55,672 bases of DNA from an uncultured Gammaproteobacteria bacterium (GTDB taxonomy: Bacteria > Patescibacteriota > Patescibacteriia > Patescibacteriales > UBA12465). The DNA lies in the NCBI GenBank assembly GCA_964548885.1, contig CAZJSQ010000003.1, positions 1 through 55,672 of the forward strand, written 5' to 3'. The translations under genes were made by a program, and so were the position numbers. Shown here piece by piece: positions 38,587-48,023 of the stretch. Numbering within the stretch: the first letter of the stretch is position 1; each line of letters begins with the position of its first letter. The notes under the pieces were generated by a model. That model did no database searches. It was not told the origin of the DNA and saw nothing but the letters and a program-made list of their open reading frames with translations.

Positions 38587-39597
38587 TTATATTAATCCGT
38601 CTTTGGTTTTTCTGAAGAGGTCGTCGGTTAAAGGGCGGAAGCCATTTTTCAGCGCCAATTTTTCCAGTTTGGCTTGATAGCTCTTAAATTCTTGGCCGCG
38701 CGCCTCAATCAGAAATTTTTTCAGAGCCGGCGTAATTTTTAAAATTTCAAATAAGCCGATGGCTCGGCGCTGGCTGAGATCGGTTTTTTTGGTTTTCCTT
38801 TTCAAGACGGCTAAGCGCTGGCTGACGATCATCTTCAAGCTGTCCAGTTTTAATTTCAAGGGCAGCGGCAAGGCGATTATTTTTTCCAGTATCTCCCAGG
38901 AGTTATCGGCTTTAACCGTGCCGAAAACCAGGCGCCCGCTCGTGGCCGCTCGGATGGCCAGTTCTAAAGCGTTAGTTTCATCAAGATCGTCGGCTAAGAT
39001 TATTTCCGAATCCAGAGTCAGGATTTTTTCCCAGTTAGTCGCCGTCGGAGCTAAAGAAACAATTCCCGGAATCTCATAAGCGCGATGTTTCAGAAAAGAA
39101 TAAACGCTCTTCCTAGAATCATTTAGCTCGAGAAGCAGGGAATTAAGGGTGGCGCTTTTGCCGCCGTCGGCAGGAGAACCGATAAGGACCAGTCCCGACT
39201 TTAAGCCCAGAGATTTTTTGATTTCCTGGAGTTCGGACCGTTGCAGACCGAGCTGGTTGAGGCGCCAGAGAGTGGCCGGCTTCTTAATGAGATTTATAAT
39301 CATCTTTTCGCCGCCCGCTTCCGGCAGAATGGTCAGATAAAAATTCAAACAGCCGGTTCGGTGAGGCAGTCGGCCATATTTTTGGGCGGCAAATTCTCCG
39401 GGAGCGATGGATAATATTCTTCTCAGATTGGAAAATAATTCTTGTTCCAGTTTTTTTGGCAAGACCAGGCTTTGCTTGGCTCGCCCAGGAAAATAACAGT
39501 CCAAAATCAGCTGGTTGGCCCACTTAGTGATAACCAAATTGTCCGCTCCTTCGCCGGCGGCGTAATTGAATATTTTGGTAATAATTTTTTGGCTCAT
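38587..39597 (-). CDS. GspE/PilB-type secretion-ATPase homologue with degenerate catalytic motifs
   Basis: 336 aa. The scaffold matches the T2SS/T4P ATPase core: ADNLVI, ILPEAGGEKMIINLI, LNQLGL and GLVLIGSPADGGKSATLNSLLLELN. The Asp box, the Walker B Glu/Arg and the His box are substituted (see findings). Confidence 0.65.
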   Translation of the reverse strand: MSQKIITKIFNYAAGEGADNLVITKWANQLILDCYFPGRAKQSLVLPKKLEQELFSNLRRILSIAPGEFAAQKYGRLPHRTGCLNFYLTILPEAGGEKMIINLIKKPATLWRLNQLGLQRSELQEIKKSLGLKSGLVLIGSPADGGKSATLNSLLLELNDSRKSVYSFLKHRAYEIPGIVSLAPTATNWEKILTLDSEIILADDLDETNALELAIRAATSGRLVFGTVKADNSWEILEKIIALPLPLKLKLDSLKMIVSQRLAVLKRKTKKTDLSQRRAIGLFEILKITPALKKFLIEARGQEFKSYQAKLEKLALKNGFRPLTDDLFRKTKDGLI

Positions 39598-39678
39598 AAT
39601 ATCTTAATTATAACATAGTTTTGTATTATTTTAAAATGTGATAAACTAAAAATAAAGAGATTATTCGCTTATTTTTTT

Positions 39679-40092
39679 ATGGCTTATTCTAATTTTTACG
39701 CAAATTTTTACTCTTTTTGTCAAGAAATAAGGGGTGCGGGCGTGGCGCTTTGGCGTTTTATCCCGAGCCGCTTTTATCTGGGGGTAGCCGTTTTCCTGCA
39801 GACCGCCGACTGGTTGCAGGCGATTTTCATTTATAAGCATCTAAGCGGAGAACTCCTGGTTCTTCATTATAATATTGATTTCGGCATCAATTTGATCGGA
39901 GAGCCGCGGCGGATATTTTTGTATCCGCTGTTTGGTTTGGGAATTTTCGCGCTGAATTGGATAATCGCCGCCGCCCTGCGCCGGCGCCAGTATTTCCGTT
40001 TGTTCACCCATCTCCTCTTGACGGCCGCTCTGCTGTTTTCTTTATTTGTCAGTTTAGCCTTGATGTTTATTTATTTGATTAATTTTAGATAA
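39679..40092 (+). CDS. Hypothetical three-TM membrane protein upstream of mraY
   Basis: 137 aa with three hydrophobic segments. I recognise no motif. Confidence 0.5.
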   Translation: MAYSNFYANFYSFCQEIRGAGVALWRFIPSRFYLGVAVFLQTADWLQAIFIYKHLSGELLVLHYNIDFGINLIGEPRRIFLYPLFGLGIFALNWIIAAALRRRQYFRLFTHLLLTAALLFSLFVSLALMFIYLINFR

Positions 40093-40101
40093 TCTCGCTT
40101 T

Positions 40102-41151
40102 ATGATGGAATTTTATACTGTTAAGATTTTATTCTTTTCCGCGCTCGCTTTTATTTTTACGATTATCGTCGCGCCGCTTTTAACCCATTATCTTTATAAA
40201 TATAAATTAGGAAAGAAAATTCGCCGCGGCGGCGAGACGCCGATTTTCAGCGAACTTCACGCCCATAAAGAGGGAACGCCGACTATGGGAGGCGTCTTGA
40301 TTTGGGGGACGGTCTTGATTTTTATTCTCGGTTTTTCCTTATTAAACAATCTTTTTCCTGGAGGCATCTTTCAGCACTTGAATTTCTTATCCCGTTCGGA
40401 GACCCTCCTGCCTCTGGGCGCTTTGATCATTTCCGCTCTGATCGGGCTCTTTGACGATTGGCTGGATGTGCGCGGCAAAGGCGTACTCGGCGGCGGCGGT
40501 TTAAAAATGCGTCATCGTTTGCTTATTTACGCCCTGATCGCGATTGCCGGCGCGCTGTGGTTTTATTATAAGTTAGATTGGACGGTTTTTCATGTCCCTT
40601 TTTTGGGAAATTTTGAAATCGGCGGCTGGTATATCCCGATATTTATCTTTATCATCGTCGCCACTTCTTTCTCCGTCAACGAGACCGACGGTTTGGACGG
40701 TTTGGCCGGCGGAACTTTGGCGATCGCTTTCGCCGCTTACGGCGTCATCGCGTTCATACTGGGACGTTATGAACTCGCGACTTTTTGCGGCGTCATTATC
40801 GGCGCCCTCCTCGCTTTCTTGTGGTTTAATATTCCGCCCGCCCGCTTCTATCTGGGCGATACCGGTTCTATGAGTCTGGGAGTCACCCTCGGCATTATCG
40901 CCATGCTCACCAATAATTCGCTGCTGCTTATTTTTATCGGTTTGATTTTTTTACTGGAATCGCTATCGGTCATCATCCAAGTCTTATTCAAAAAATTCTG
41001 CGGCCGCAAAGTTTTTCTATCCGCGCCCGTCCATCATCATTACCAAGCTAAGGGCTGGCCGGAAGCGAAGGTCGTAATGCGTTTTTGGGTGATAGCGGGC
41101 ATCGGCTCGGCCCTGGGGCTGATGATTTTCCTTCTTGATCAGAAGTTTTAA
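40102..41151 (+). CDS. mraY: Phospho-N-acetylmuramoyl-pentapeptide transferase
   Basis: Ten-TM layout. GTPTMGGVL, VNETDGLDGLAGG and SAPVHHHYQAKGW are MraY signatures. Confidence 0.93.
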   Translation: MMEFYTVKILFFSALAFIFTIIVAPLLTHYLYKYKLGKKIRRGGETPIFSELHAHKEGTPTMGGVLIWGTVLIFILGFSLLNNLFPGGIFQHLNFLSRSETLLPLGALIISALIGLFDDWLDVRGKGVLGGGGLKMRHRLLIYALIAIAGALWFYYKLDWTVFHVPFLGNFEIGGWYIPIFIFIIVATSFSVNETDGLDGLAGGTLAIAFAAYGVIAFILGRYELATFCGVIIGALLAFLWFNIPPARFYLGDTGSMSLGVTLGIIAMLTNNSLLLIFIGLIFLLESLSVIIQVLFKKFCGRKVFLSAPVHHHYQAKGWPEAKVVMRFWVIAGIGSALGLMIFLLDQKF

Positions 41152-41171
41152 GTCCGTTTGAATTTTTTATT

Positions 41172-42326
41172 ATGCTGCGAATTTTTCGGGAAAAACTAGC
41201 GCCGCGTCCGAGCGAGCACGAACCCGACAAAAGCCTGATAACGGCTTTATTTGTTTTGCTTATTTTCGGACTGGTGATGCTTTTCAGCGCCTCTTGGATC
41301 GTTTCTTACGCTCGTTTCGGCAATACTTATCATTATCTTATCAACCAGGTTTTTAGCCTGGGAATCGCCTTGGCGGTTTTTTTTATCGCCACGCGCGTTG
41401 ATTATCATTGGTGGAAGAAGTTCGCCGGTTTCTTCCTGCTATTTTCCGTCATTTTACTTTTATTGGTTTTTATTCCCGGGCTCCAGGCCGGCTATGGTTC
41501 CGCTCGCAGTTGGATAAATATTTTCGGTCAATCCTTCCAGCCGTCGGAATTGGTGAAAGTTTCTTTTTTGATATATCTGGCGACTTGGTTGGAAGCGAAA
41601 AAAGGAGAACTCGGCAGCCTGACGAGCGGCGTCATCCCTTTTTTAATAATCCTGGGGGTTATCAGCGCGCTCATGATTCTGCAGCCCGATTTAGGAACGT
41701 TGTTCATTATCGCTTTCACGGCCCTGGTTGTTTTTTTCGCCGGCGGCGGCCGGGTGACTCATATTGTCATCGCCTTGCTCCTGGCCGCTCTGGCCGTATT
41801 TCTATTCTTGAGTTTGAAAACGTCCTATCAGAACGACCGTTTCAAATGCTTGCAAGATCCCAGTTACAGCGCCGATGATAAATGCTATCAGCTAAATCAA
41901 TCGCTCATCGCGGTCGGTTCCGGCGGACTTTTCGGCCGCGGTTTGGGTCAGAGCCGTCAAAAGTTCATGTATTTGCCGGAAGTCTGGAGCGATTCCATTT
42001 TTTCAATCATCGCCGAAGAGATCGGGTTTTTCTTTTCCACGCTTTTGATATTATTATATCTGTTCCTGTTTTATCGCGGCTTGCTTATCGCCCGCGGCGC
42101 TCCGGATCTTTATGGCAGTTCCTTGGCGATAGGCGTCGTCGTCTGGCTGGCGGTCCAGACATTCTTAAATATCGGCGGTATGACTAACCTTATCCCGATG
42201 ACCGGCGTGCCTCTGCCCTTTATTTCCGCCGGCGGATCGGCGACCCTGTCGTCTCTGCTCGGGATGGGTATACTGGTTAATATAAGCAAACAGACAAAGC
42301 GACGCGGGTATAATAAGACGGCCTAG
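41172..42326 (+). CDS. ftsW: SEDS-family peptidoglycan polymerase (FtsW by position)
   Basis: FQPSELVKV, LQPDLGT, SDSIFSIIAEE and PFISAGGSATLSSLLGMGIL. It lies between mraY and murG. Confidence 0.88.
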   Translation: MLRIFREKLAPRPSEHEPDKSLITALFVLLIFGLVMLFSASWIVSYARFGNTYHYLINQVFSLGIALAVFFIATRVDYHWWKKFAGFFLLFSVILLLLVFIPGLQAGYGSARSWINIFGQSFQPSELVKVSFLIYLATWLEAKKGELGSLTSGVIPFLIILGVISALMILQPDLGTLFIIAFTALVVFFAGGGRVTHIVIALLLAALAVFLFLSLKTSYQNDRFKCLQDPSYSADDKCYQLNQSLIAVGSGGLFGRGLGQSRQKFMYLPEVWSDSIFSIIAEEIGFFFSTLLILLYLFLFYRGLLIARGAPDLYGSSLAIGVVVWLAVQTFLNIGGMTNLIPMTGVPLPFISAGGSATLSSLLGMGILVNISKQTKRRGYNKTA

Positions 42327-42383
42327 AAATAATAACGGCCGGGAAATAATATAAATTGATTTAAATCAAATAGTAATAACAAA

Positions 42384-43544
42384 ATGGCTAATAGTCGATC
42401 GGTAAAAATAATAATGTTCAGTGGCGGCGGAACCGGCGGATCGGTGGCGCCGCTCTTAGCCGCGGCCGAAGAATTATGGAAAGAGGCGGATTCTAAAGAA
42501 GCGGATTTTAGAAAGTCCGGCGGTTCTGATTTACGATTCGTCTTCGTCGGCACTAAGAGCGGCCCGGAGCGAGAAATGGTCGCCGCCTTTAATAAGGAAA
42601 TCGGGCCGATGGAATTCATTCCGCTTATTAGCGGCAAATGGCGGCGTTATTTCTCTATTTATAATTTTTTGGACATTTTTAAAATTATCGCCGCCTGGTT
42701 TCAATCTTTCGGGCTACTAACGAAAATTCATCCGGATATTATCATTAGCGCCGGCGCTTTCGTCAGCGTCCCCTTGGTTTGGGCGGCGGCTTACAAAAAA
42801 ATCCCCATTCTTATCCATCAACAGGATTTACGTCCCGGCCTGGCCAATAAATTAATGGTCCCTCGAGCGCGCGCCATTACCGTCGTTTTTGAAAAATCTT
42901 TGCTTGATTACGGTCCGAAAGCGGTCTTAGCCGGGAATCCCGTCCGCCAATTGGTAAACACTCAAGATGAAAATTTGGTCAGAAAATTAAAAGCCGAATA
43001 TTCTTTAGATAATTCCATTCCTCTGGTTTTATTTTTTGGCGGCGTTCTCGGCGCGACCGGAATAAACCGTTTAGTTTTTAAAGCCGCCTCCGGTCTGGTC
43101 CGGAACTGTCAGATTATCCATCTGACCGGGCGAGGGAAGATGCCTGAAGAGGCTAATTTACTGAAGATTAATAATTATCATGTTCGGGAGTTCTTGGATA
43201 ATCGGGAACTATCTACTTTAATATCTCTGTCCGACTTGGTCGTTACCCGCGCCGGACTCGGTACTTTGACGGAATTATCTTATTGGCGCAAGCCGACAAT
43301 CCTGATTCCAATGCCGAACTCGCATCAGGAAGATAACGCCGCTTATTTTGCCAAAGAGCGAGCGGCTTTATTTATGAATCAGGCGGAACTTACTCCGGAA
43401 AAATTAACGGCGGCCGTCAAAGATGTTTTGGTTGATTCGAGCTTAAAAAGAGAATTAAGCAATAATATCGGCAAGATTATGAAGCGCGGCGCGGCCGGCA
43501 CCATCGCCGGGATTATCTGGGAAATTGTCGGCGGACAAAAATAA
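42384..43544 (+). CDS. murG: Lipid II synthase MurG (UDP-GlcNAc:lipid I GlcNAc transferase)
   Basis: FSGGGTGGSVAPLL (the G-loop, with Ser in place of the usual His) and VVTRAGLGTLTELSYWRKPTILIP. There is an acidic insert after the G-loop. Confidence 0.85.
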   Translation: MANSRSVKIIMFSGGGTGGSVAPLLAAAEELWKEADSKEADFRKSGGSDLRFVFVGTKSGPEREMVAAFNKEIGPMEFIPLISGKWRRYFSIYNFLDIFKIIAAWFQSFGLLTKIHPDIIISAGAFVSVPLVWAAAYKKIPILIHQQDLRPGLANKLMVPRARAITVVFEKSLLDYGPKAVLAGNPVRQLVNTQDENLVRKLKAEYSLDNSIPLVLFFGGVLGATGINRLVFKAASGLVRNCQIIHLTGRGKMPEEANLLKINNYHVREFLDNRELSTLISLSDLVVTRAGLGTLTELSYWRKPTILIPMPNSHQEDNAAYFAKERAALFMNQAELTPEKLTAAVKDVLVDSSLKRELSNNIGKIMKRGAAGTIAGIIWEIVGGQK

Positions 43545-43585
43545 ATCAGGACGGGCGGAACGCGACGCTTAAAATTAATTTTATT

Positions 43586-45106
43586 ATGACTGAATTAATT
43601 ATGGTTGGATTAACAAAGACGAAAAAAAATAAAATAAAGAAGAATATTTATTTCATCGGCGTCAAAGGCGCGGGCATGACCATGCTGGCGCAGTTTTTGG
43701 CGGCGCGGGGCCATCATGTTTCCGGTTCCGATATCAGTGATTCTTTCCTGACCGATAAAGTCTTAAAAAAAGCCAAAATAAAAGTTTTGTCGCCGTTTGC
43801 CGCCGTCAATATCCCCGTCCGACCGGATTTGATAATTTATTCTTCCGCTTATAACGCCAAAAATAATCTGGAAATGGCAGAAATAAAAAAGTCGGCGGCG
43901 GATTTCAAGAATATTCCCATTCTATCTTATGCCGCCGCGCTCGGTCGGCTTTTTAATGAATATGCCGGCGTGGCGGTCTGCGGCAGTCACGGGAAAACCA
44001 CGACTTCCGCTTGGCTCGGCTATGTCCTGGTGAAAGCCGGCCAAAAGCCGAACGTGCTCGTCGGTTCCCGTGTGCCTCAATTTAGCGGCAGCAGCCTGAA
44101 AGGTTCATCGCCTTATCTTATCGCCGAAGTCGATGAATATCAGAATAAACTGCAATACTTCCGACCGACCGGCGTCATACTTAATAATATTGATTATGAC
44201 CACCCGGATTATTTCAAAACCGCCGCCGCTTATACTAAAGTTTTCGCCGACTTTATCAAGAAAATTCCGTCGGCCGGATTTTTAATCGTCAGCGGCCGCG
44301 ATCAAGAAATAAAAAAAATAAAAAGATATTGCCGCGGCCGAGCGTACTCTTATGATTTGGCGCCGGACGCCAAGACTTTCGTTGAAGCGGAAGAAGCGAT
44401 TAAGACCGAAGTCGATTACTTGGCTTATGATTTGAGATTGAGAAACGGTTATCAGATTTTTAGAGTCGCCTACCGCGAGACAAATTTAAGTAGTCGAGTC
44501 CGCTCTGAATCAATTTTCGATTTAGGCGAATTTAAAATTCGTCTCTGGGGAGAACATAACGCGCTTAACGCGCTTGCGGTCCTTGCCGCCGGCCGTGAAT
44601 TGAAAGTGTCGTTAGAAAAAGTTAGAAGCGGCCTCGCCTCATTTACCGGCACCGAGCGTCGCGCTCAAATCATCGGGAAATATCACGGCGCTTTGATAAT
44701 CGACGACTACGCCCATCATCCGACGGAAATCGCGGCGACCTTAAAAGGCCTGCGCGCTCATTATCCGGATAAGAACATTATTACTGTCTTTCATCCTCAT
44801 ACTTTCACTCGCACCAAAGAGTTTTTTCATGATTTTGTGGCCAGTTTTACCTCTTCTGATGAACTTATAATTCTAGATATTTACGGTTCGGCTCGGGAGA
44901 AACGAGGCGGGGTATCGAGCCGCCAGCTAGTCGCCGCTATCGATAAATTCAACAAAACTCAAAAAATAACCCGGTCGGTCAAATATTTGGGCGCCAGGCC
45001 GGAAGCGATTGCGTATTTGCGCCGGCGTTTAACTTCTCAAGACATCTTACTGCTAATGGGAGCAGGCGATGTTTTTAGAATCGGGGAAGACTTGCCAAAA
45101 CCATAA
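43586..45106 (+). CDS. murC: UDP-N-acetylmuramate--L-alanine ligase
   Basis: IYFIGVKGAGMTMLAQFL, CGSHGKTTTSAWL and DDYAHHPTEI. At 506 aa it has a short K-rich N-terminal extension and an insert in the central domain. Confidence 0.9.
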   Translation: MTELIMVGLTKTKKNKIKKNIYFIGVKGAGMTMLAQFLAARGHHVSGSDISDSFLTDKVLKKAKIKVLSPFAAVNIPVRPDLIIYSSAYNAKNNLEMAEIKKSAADFKNIPILSYAAALGRLFNEYAGVAVCGSHGKTTTSAWLGYVLVKAGQKPNVLVGSRVPQFSGSSLKGSSPYLIAEVDEYQNKLQYFRPTGVILNNIDYDHPDYFKTAAAYTKVFADFIKKIPSAGFLIVSGRDQEIKKIKRYCRGRAYSYDLAPDAKTFVEAEEAIKTEVDYLAYDLRLRNGYQIFRVAYRETNLSSRVRSESIFDLGEFKIRLWGEHNALNALAVLAAGRELKVSLEKVRSGLASFTGTERRAQIIGKYHGALIIDDYAHHPTEIAATLKGLRAHYPDKNIITVFHPHTFTRTKEFFHDFVASFTSSDELIILDIYGSAREKRGGVSSRQLVAAIDKFNKTQKITRSVKYLGARPEAIAYLRRRLTSQDILLLMGAGDVFRIGEDLPKP

Positions 45107-45128
45107 AAATCTTGTATTGTTCCTATCT

Positions 45129-46919
45129 ATGATTCAAGCTGACAAAAATAAAACCGAAAAAGAGAGTATCCCCTGGAAGCGTTTTTGGGTAGAATTATGG
45201 CGCTTACTGGCGTCTTTTAGGAAATTATTCACAGTGATAACGGCTGTCGCTCTGCTGGCGGCGATTTTGGATTTGGGAAAACCCTATATCTTAAAACTGG
45301 TTATCGACAATTTGAATAATTTTTCCAAGGATCAATTTTTTTTCTTATTAAAACTGATTGTTCTTTATTTGGCGACGGATGAGTTCCGTTCTTTTATCCA
45401 GTATCTGGGCGATCGTTGGATTTTAAAATTACTGGTCAAGGTGGAATATTTTTTGAGTATGACCGCCCAGGAAAAATTGGTTTTTTTAAGCTTAGGTTAT
45501 CATGAACGCCAAAATACCGGGGCGAAGATAATCAAAATTGAAAGAGGCGTGGATAAGATTTCCGAATTCTTGAATAATATTTTTTGGGAAGTTTTGCCGA
45601 CCGTGTTCCAGCTTATTTTTACTCTCGTGGCCTTATTTTGGTCCGATTGGCGCATCGGTCTTTCCTTTTTAGTCTTCGCGCCGCTTTTCATCTTTATCAC
45701 CTATTGGTCCAACAAGCGGATGTATCCGATTCGGAAAGCGATTTATCGCGATTATGAAATCGCCTCCGGCAAAATGGGGCAGGCGATAATCAATATCAAC
45801 GCCGTTCAGTCTTTCGTCCAGGAAGAGAATGAACTTAAAGGTTTCGGGCACATCAAAGCGAATATCCGCGATAACGAAGACAAACAGTGGGGCTGGATGA
45901 TGAAAATCGGCCTGGGGCGCAACTTTATCGTTGATTTCGGTCGGGCGGCCGTCTTATTTTTGGGCGTCTATTTGGTTTATAAGGGAACGCTTTCCGTCGG
46001 TTCTTTAATTTTCGTCTTTACGCTGAGCGAGAAAGCTTACGCCTCTTTATTTCGTCTTTCTCGTTTTTACGACCGCATGGAAGAAGGCCGCGAAGGCGTC
46101 AGCCGCTTAATCGCTCTGTTTAATGAGGAGAATGAAATCGTCAATCCGCCCAATGGTTTGAAACCGTCAGACATCAAAGGTGAAATAAAATTTGATCATA
46201 CTTCTTTCCATTATAATGTTAATAAGCGAGCCGCGGTCAGCGATTTGAATTTTACGATTAAATCGGGCAGCATCACGGCCTTAGTCGGTCCTTCCGGCGG
46301 CGGCAAAACTACCGTCGCCCGCTTGGTTTATCGCCATTACGATCCGCAGGTCGGCCGCGTCTTACTGGACGGGAAAGACCTGCGCGCTTACGATTTGCGG
46401 AGCTTCCGGAAATTTTTAGCCATCGTCCCGCAAGAGGTGGAAATTTTTGATTTGACCGTGGCGGCCAATATCGCCTACGCCCGTCCCGAGGCCACGCGTG
46501 AAGAAATCGTCGCGGCCGCGCGCGTCGCTAACGCCGATGAATTCATCGTCAGGCTCGATAAGGGTTATGATACGTTAACCGGCGAAAGAGGCATAAAATT
46601 ATCCGGCGGCCAGCGCCAGCGCCTCGGCATCGCTCGAGCGATTCTGGCTGACCCGCGTATTTTGATTTTTGACGAGGCGACTTCTAATCTGGACAGCCAA
46701 AGTGAAGTTTTAATCCAGGACGCGATGAAGAAAATCAGCCGCAATCGGACCATGATAATTATCGCGCATCGTTTAAGCACGATTAAACAAGCCGATAATA
46801 TTATCGTTTTAGAAGGCGGGAAAGTCGTCGAAGAGGGAGGCCATGAGGAACTGGGTTCCGCCCAAGGCGGTTTGTACGCGAAACTCCTGAAACTGCAAGC
46901 GTTGGGGGAGGTAGATTAA
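45129..46919 (+). CDS. ABC exporter, fused permease/ATPase (MsbA-like type I exporter)
   Basis: Six-TM N-terminal half. Walker A GPSGGGKTT, signature LSGGQRQR, Walker B ILIFDEATS and H-loop IIIAHRLS. The ORF opens at 45069 inside murC. The first ATG is at 45129. Confidence 0.88.
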   Translation: MIQADKNKTEKESIPWKRFWVELWRLLASFRKLFTVITAVALLAAILDLGKPYILKLVIDNLNNFSKDQFFFLLKLIVLYLATDEFRSFIQYLGDRWILKLLVKVEYFLSMTAQEKLVFLSLGYHERQNTGAKIIKIERGVDKISEFLNNIFWEVLPTVFQLIFTLVALFWSDWRIGLSFLVFAPLFIFITYWSNKRMYPIRKAIYRDYEIASGKMGQAIININAVQSFVQEENELKGFGHIKANIRDNEDKQWGWMMKIGLGRNFIVDFGRAAVLFLGVYLVYKGTLSVGSLIFVFTLSEKAYASLFRLSRFYDRMEEGREGVSRLIALFNEENEIVNPPNGLKPSDIKGEIKFDHTSFHYNVNKRAAVSDLNFTIKSGSITALVGPSGGGKTTVARLVYRHYDPQVGRVLLDGKDLRAYDLRSFRKFLAIVPQEVEIFDLTVAANIAYARPEATREEIVAAARVANADEFIVRLDKGYDTLTGERGIKLSGGQRQRLGIARAILADPRILIFDEATSNLDSQSEVLIQDAMKKISRNRTMIIIAHRLSTIKQADNIIVLEGGKVVEEGGHEELGSAQGGLYAKLLKLQALGEVD

Positions 46920-46946
46920 TCAAAGTTTTCCGATTATAATGGAAAT

Positions 46947-47966
46947 ATGTTAAAAATTGAACCAAATAAAAATTTAGCTCGCCTCACGACTCTCCAAATC
47001 GGCGCGCCGGCCGAATTTTTCGCTGTTATCCGGAATCGGGAAGATCTGGATGAAGCGATTGTCTGGGCCAAAAAAAACAAGAAAAAAATTTGGATTCTGG
47101 GAGGCGGTTCCAATGTCTTGATTTCTAAGAAAGTAGCCGGCTTAGTCTTAAAGAATGAGATTAGAGGTATGGCCATAAAGAAAGAGAGCGCGGGGGCGGC
47201 GATTGTCGAAGCCCGGTCCGGAGAAAGCTGGATTCGTTTTGTTAATTTTACCGTGGAACATAATTTAAGCGGACTGGAAAATTTATTTTTGATTTATGGC
47301 ACCGTCGGCGCCGCTCCGGTTCAGAATATCGGCGCTTACGGGGTGGAACTGAAAGATGTCTTTTATTCGCTCACGGCGATTGATCTGAAAACCGGCCGCG
47401 AAAAAATCTTTAAGCCGGCTGATTGTCGCTTCGGCTATCGCGACAGCATCTTCAAGAATAAATTGAAAGGCCGCTACTTTATATATTCCGTCGCCGTCAA
47501 GTTGAGCAAGACACCGTCTTTAAAATTAGATTACGGATCTTTGCGGGAAAAACTGGCCGAGAAAGGGATAAAGGAGCCGTCTTTGAAAGATGTGGTGGCC
47601 GCGATCGGTGAAATCAGGAACAGTAAATTACCGAACCCCGGAGTTTTGCCCAATGCCGGCTCTTTCTTTAAAAATATAGAAACGAGCCTGACTGTTTATA
47701 AGAAGTTATTAAAAAAATATCCGGGTTTGCCGTCCTGGCCGGTTTCCTCCGCGCGCGTAAGGATTCCGGCCGGCTGGCTGATAGAGAACGCCGGGCTCAA
47801 GGGCAAAAAATTCGGCTCTGTCGGCATGCATGATAAACAGGCCTTGATTCTCATAAATTACGGCGGCGCGAACGCCAGACAGGCCGGCGCTTTAGTTAAA
47901 AAGATTAAGGCCGCGGTTAAGAAGAAATTCGGCCTTGATTTAGAGGAGGAAGTTAATATAATATAA
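46947..47966 (+). CDS. murB: UDP-N-acetylenolpyruvoylglucosamine reductase
   Basis: FAD-binding domain (LGGGSNVL) and the catalytic-Ser region NAGSFFKN. Confidence 0.87.
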   Translation: MLKIEPNKNLARLTTLQIGAPAEFFAVIRNREDLDEAIVWAKKNKKKIWILGGGSNVLISKKVAGLVLKNEIRGMAIKKESAGAAIVEARSGESWIRFVNFTVEHNLSGLENLFLIYGTVGAAPVQNIGAYGVELKDVFYSLTAIDLKTGREKIFKPADCRFGYRDSIFKNKLKGRYFIYSVAVKLSKTPSLKLDYGSLREKLAEKGIKEPSLKDVVAAIGEIRNSKLPNPGVLPNAGSFFKNIETSLTVYKKLLKKYPGLPSWPVSSARVRIPAGWLIENAGLKGKKFGSVGMHDKQALILINYGGANARQAGALVKKIKAAVKKKFGLDLEEEVNII

Positions 47967-48023
47967 GGATAGTTAATAATATAAAGATAGTTAAAACATA
48001 ATTAAACATCGGCTTATAAACAT

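Noticed and set aside
41408-42187. Arg-rich alternative-frame ORFs (156 aa and 101 aa) inside ftsW.
   Set aside because: They are same-strand out-of-frame ORFs within a polytopic SEDS gene. Their Arg/Pro/Gly-rich composition is not protein-like.
45069-45128. ORF-track start of the ABC exporter, which overlaps the last 38 nt of murC.
   Set aside because: It has no ATG at 45069 and gives an odd N-terminus (MFLESGKTCQNHKNLVLFLS). The first ATG, at 45129, lies after the murC stop and has the usual tATG context.
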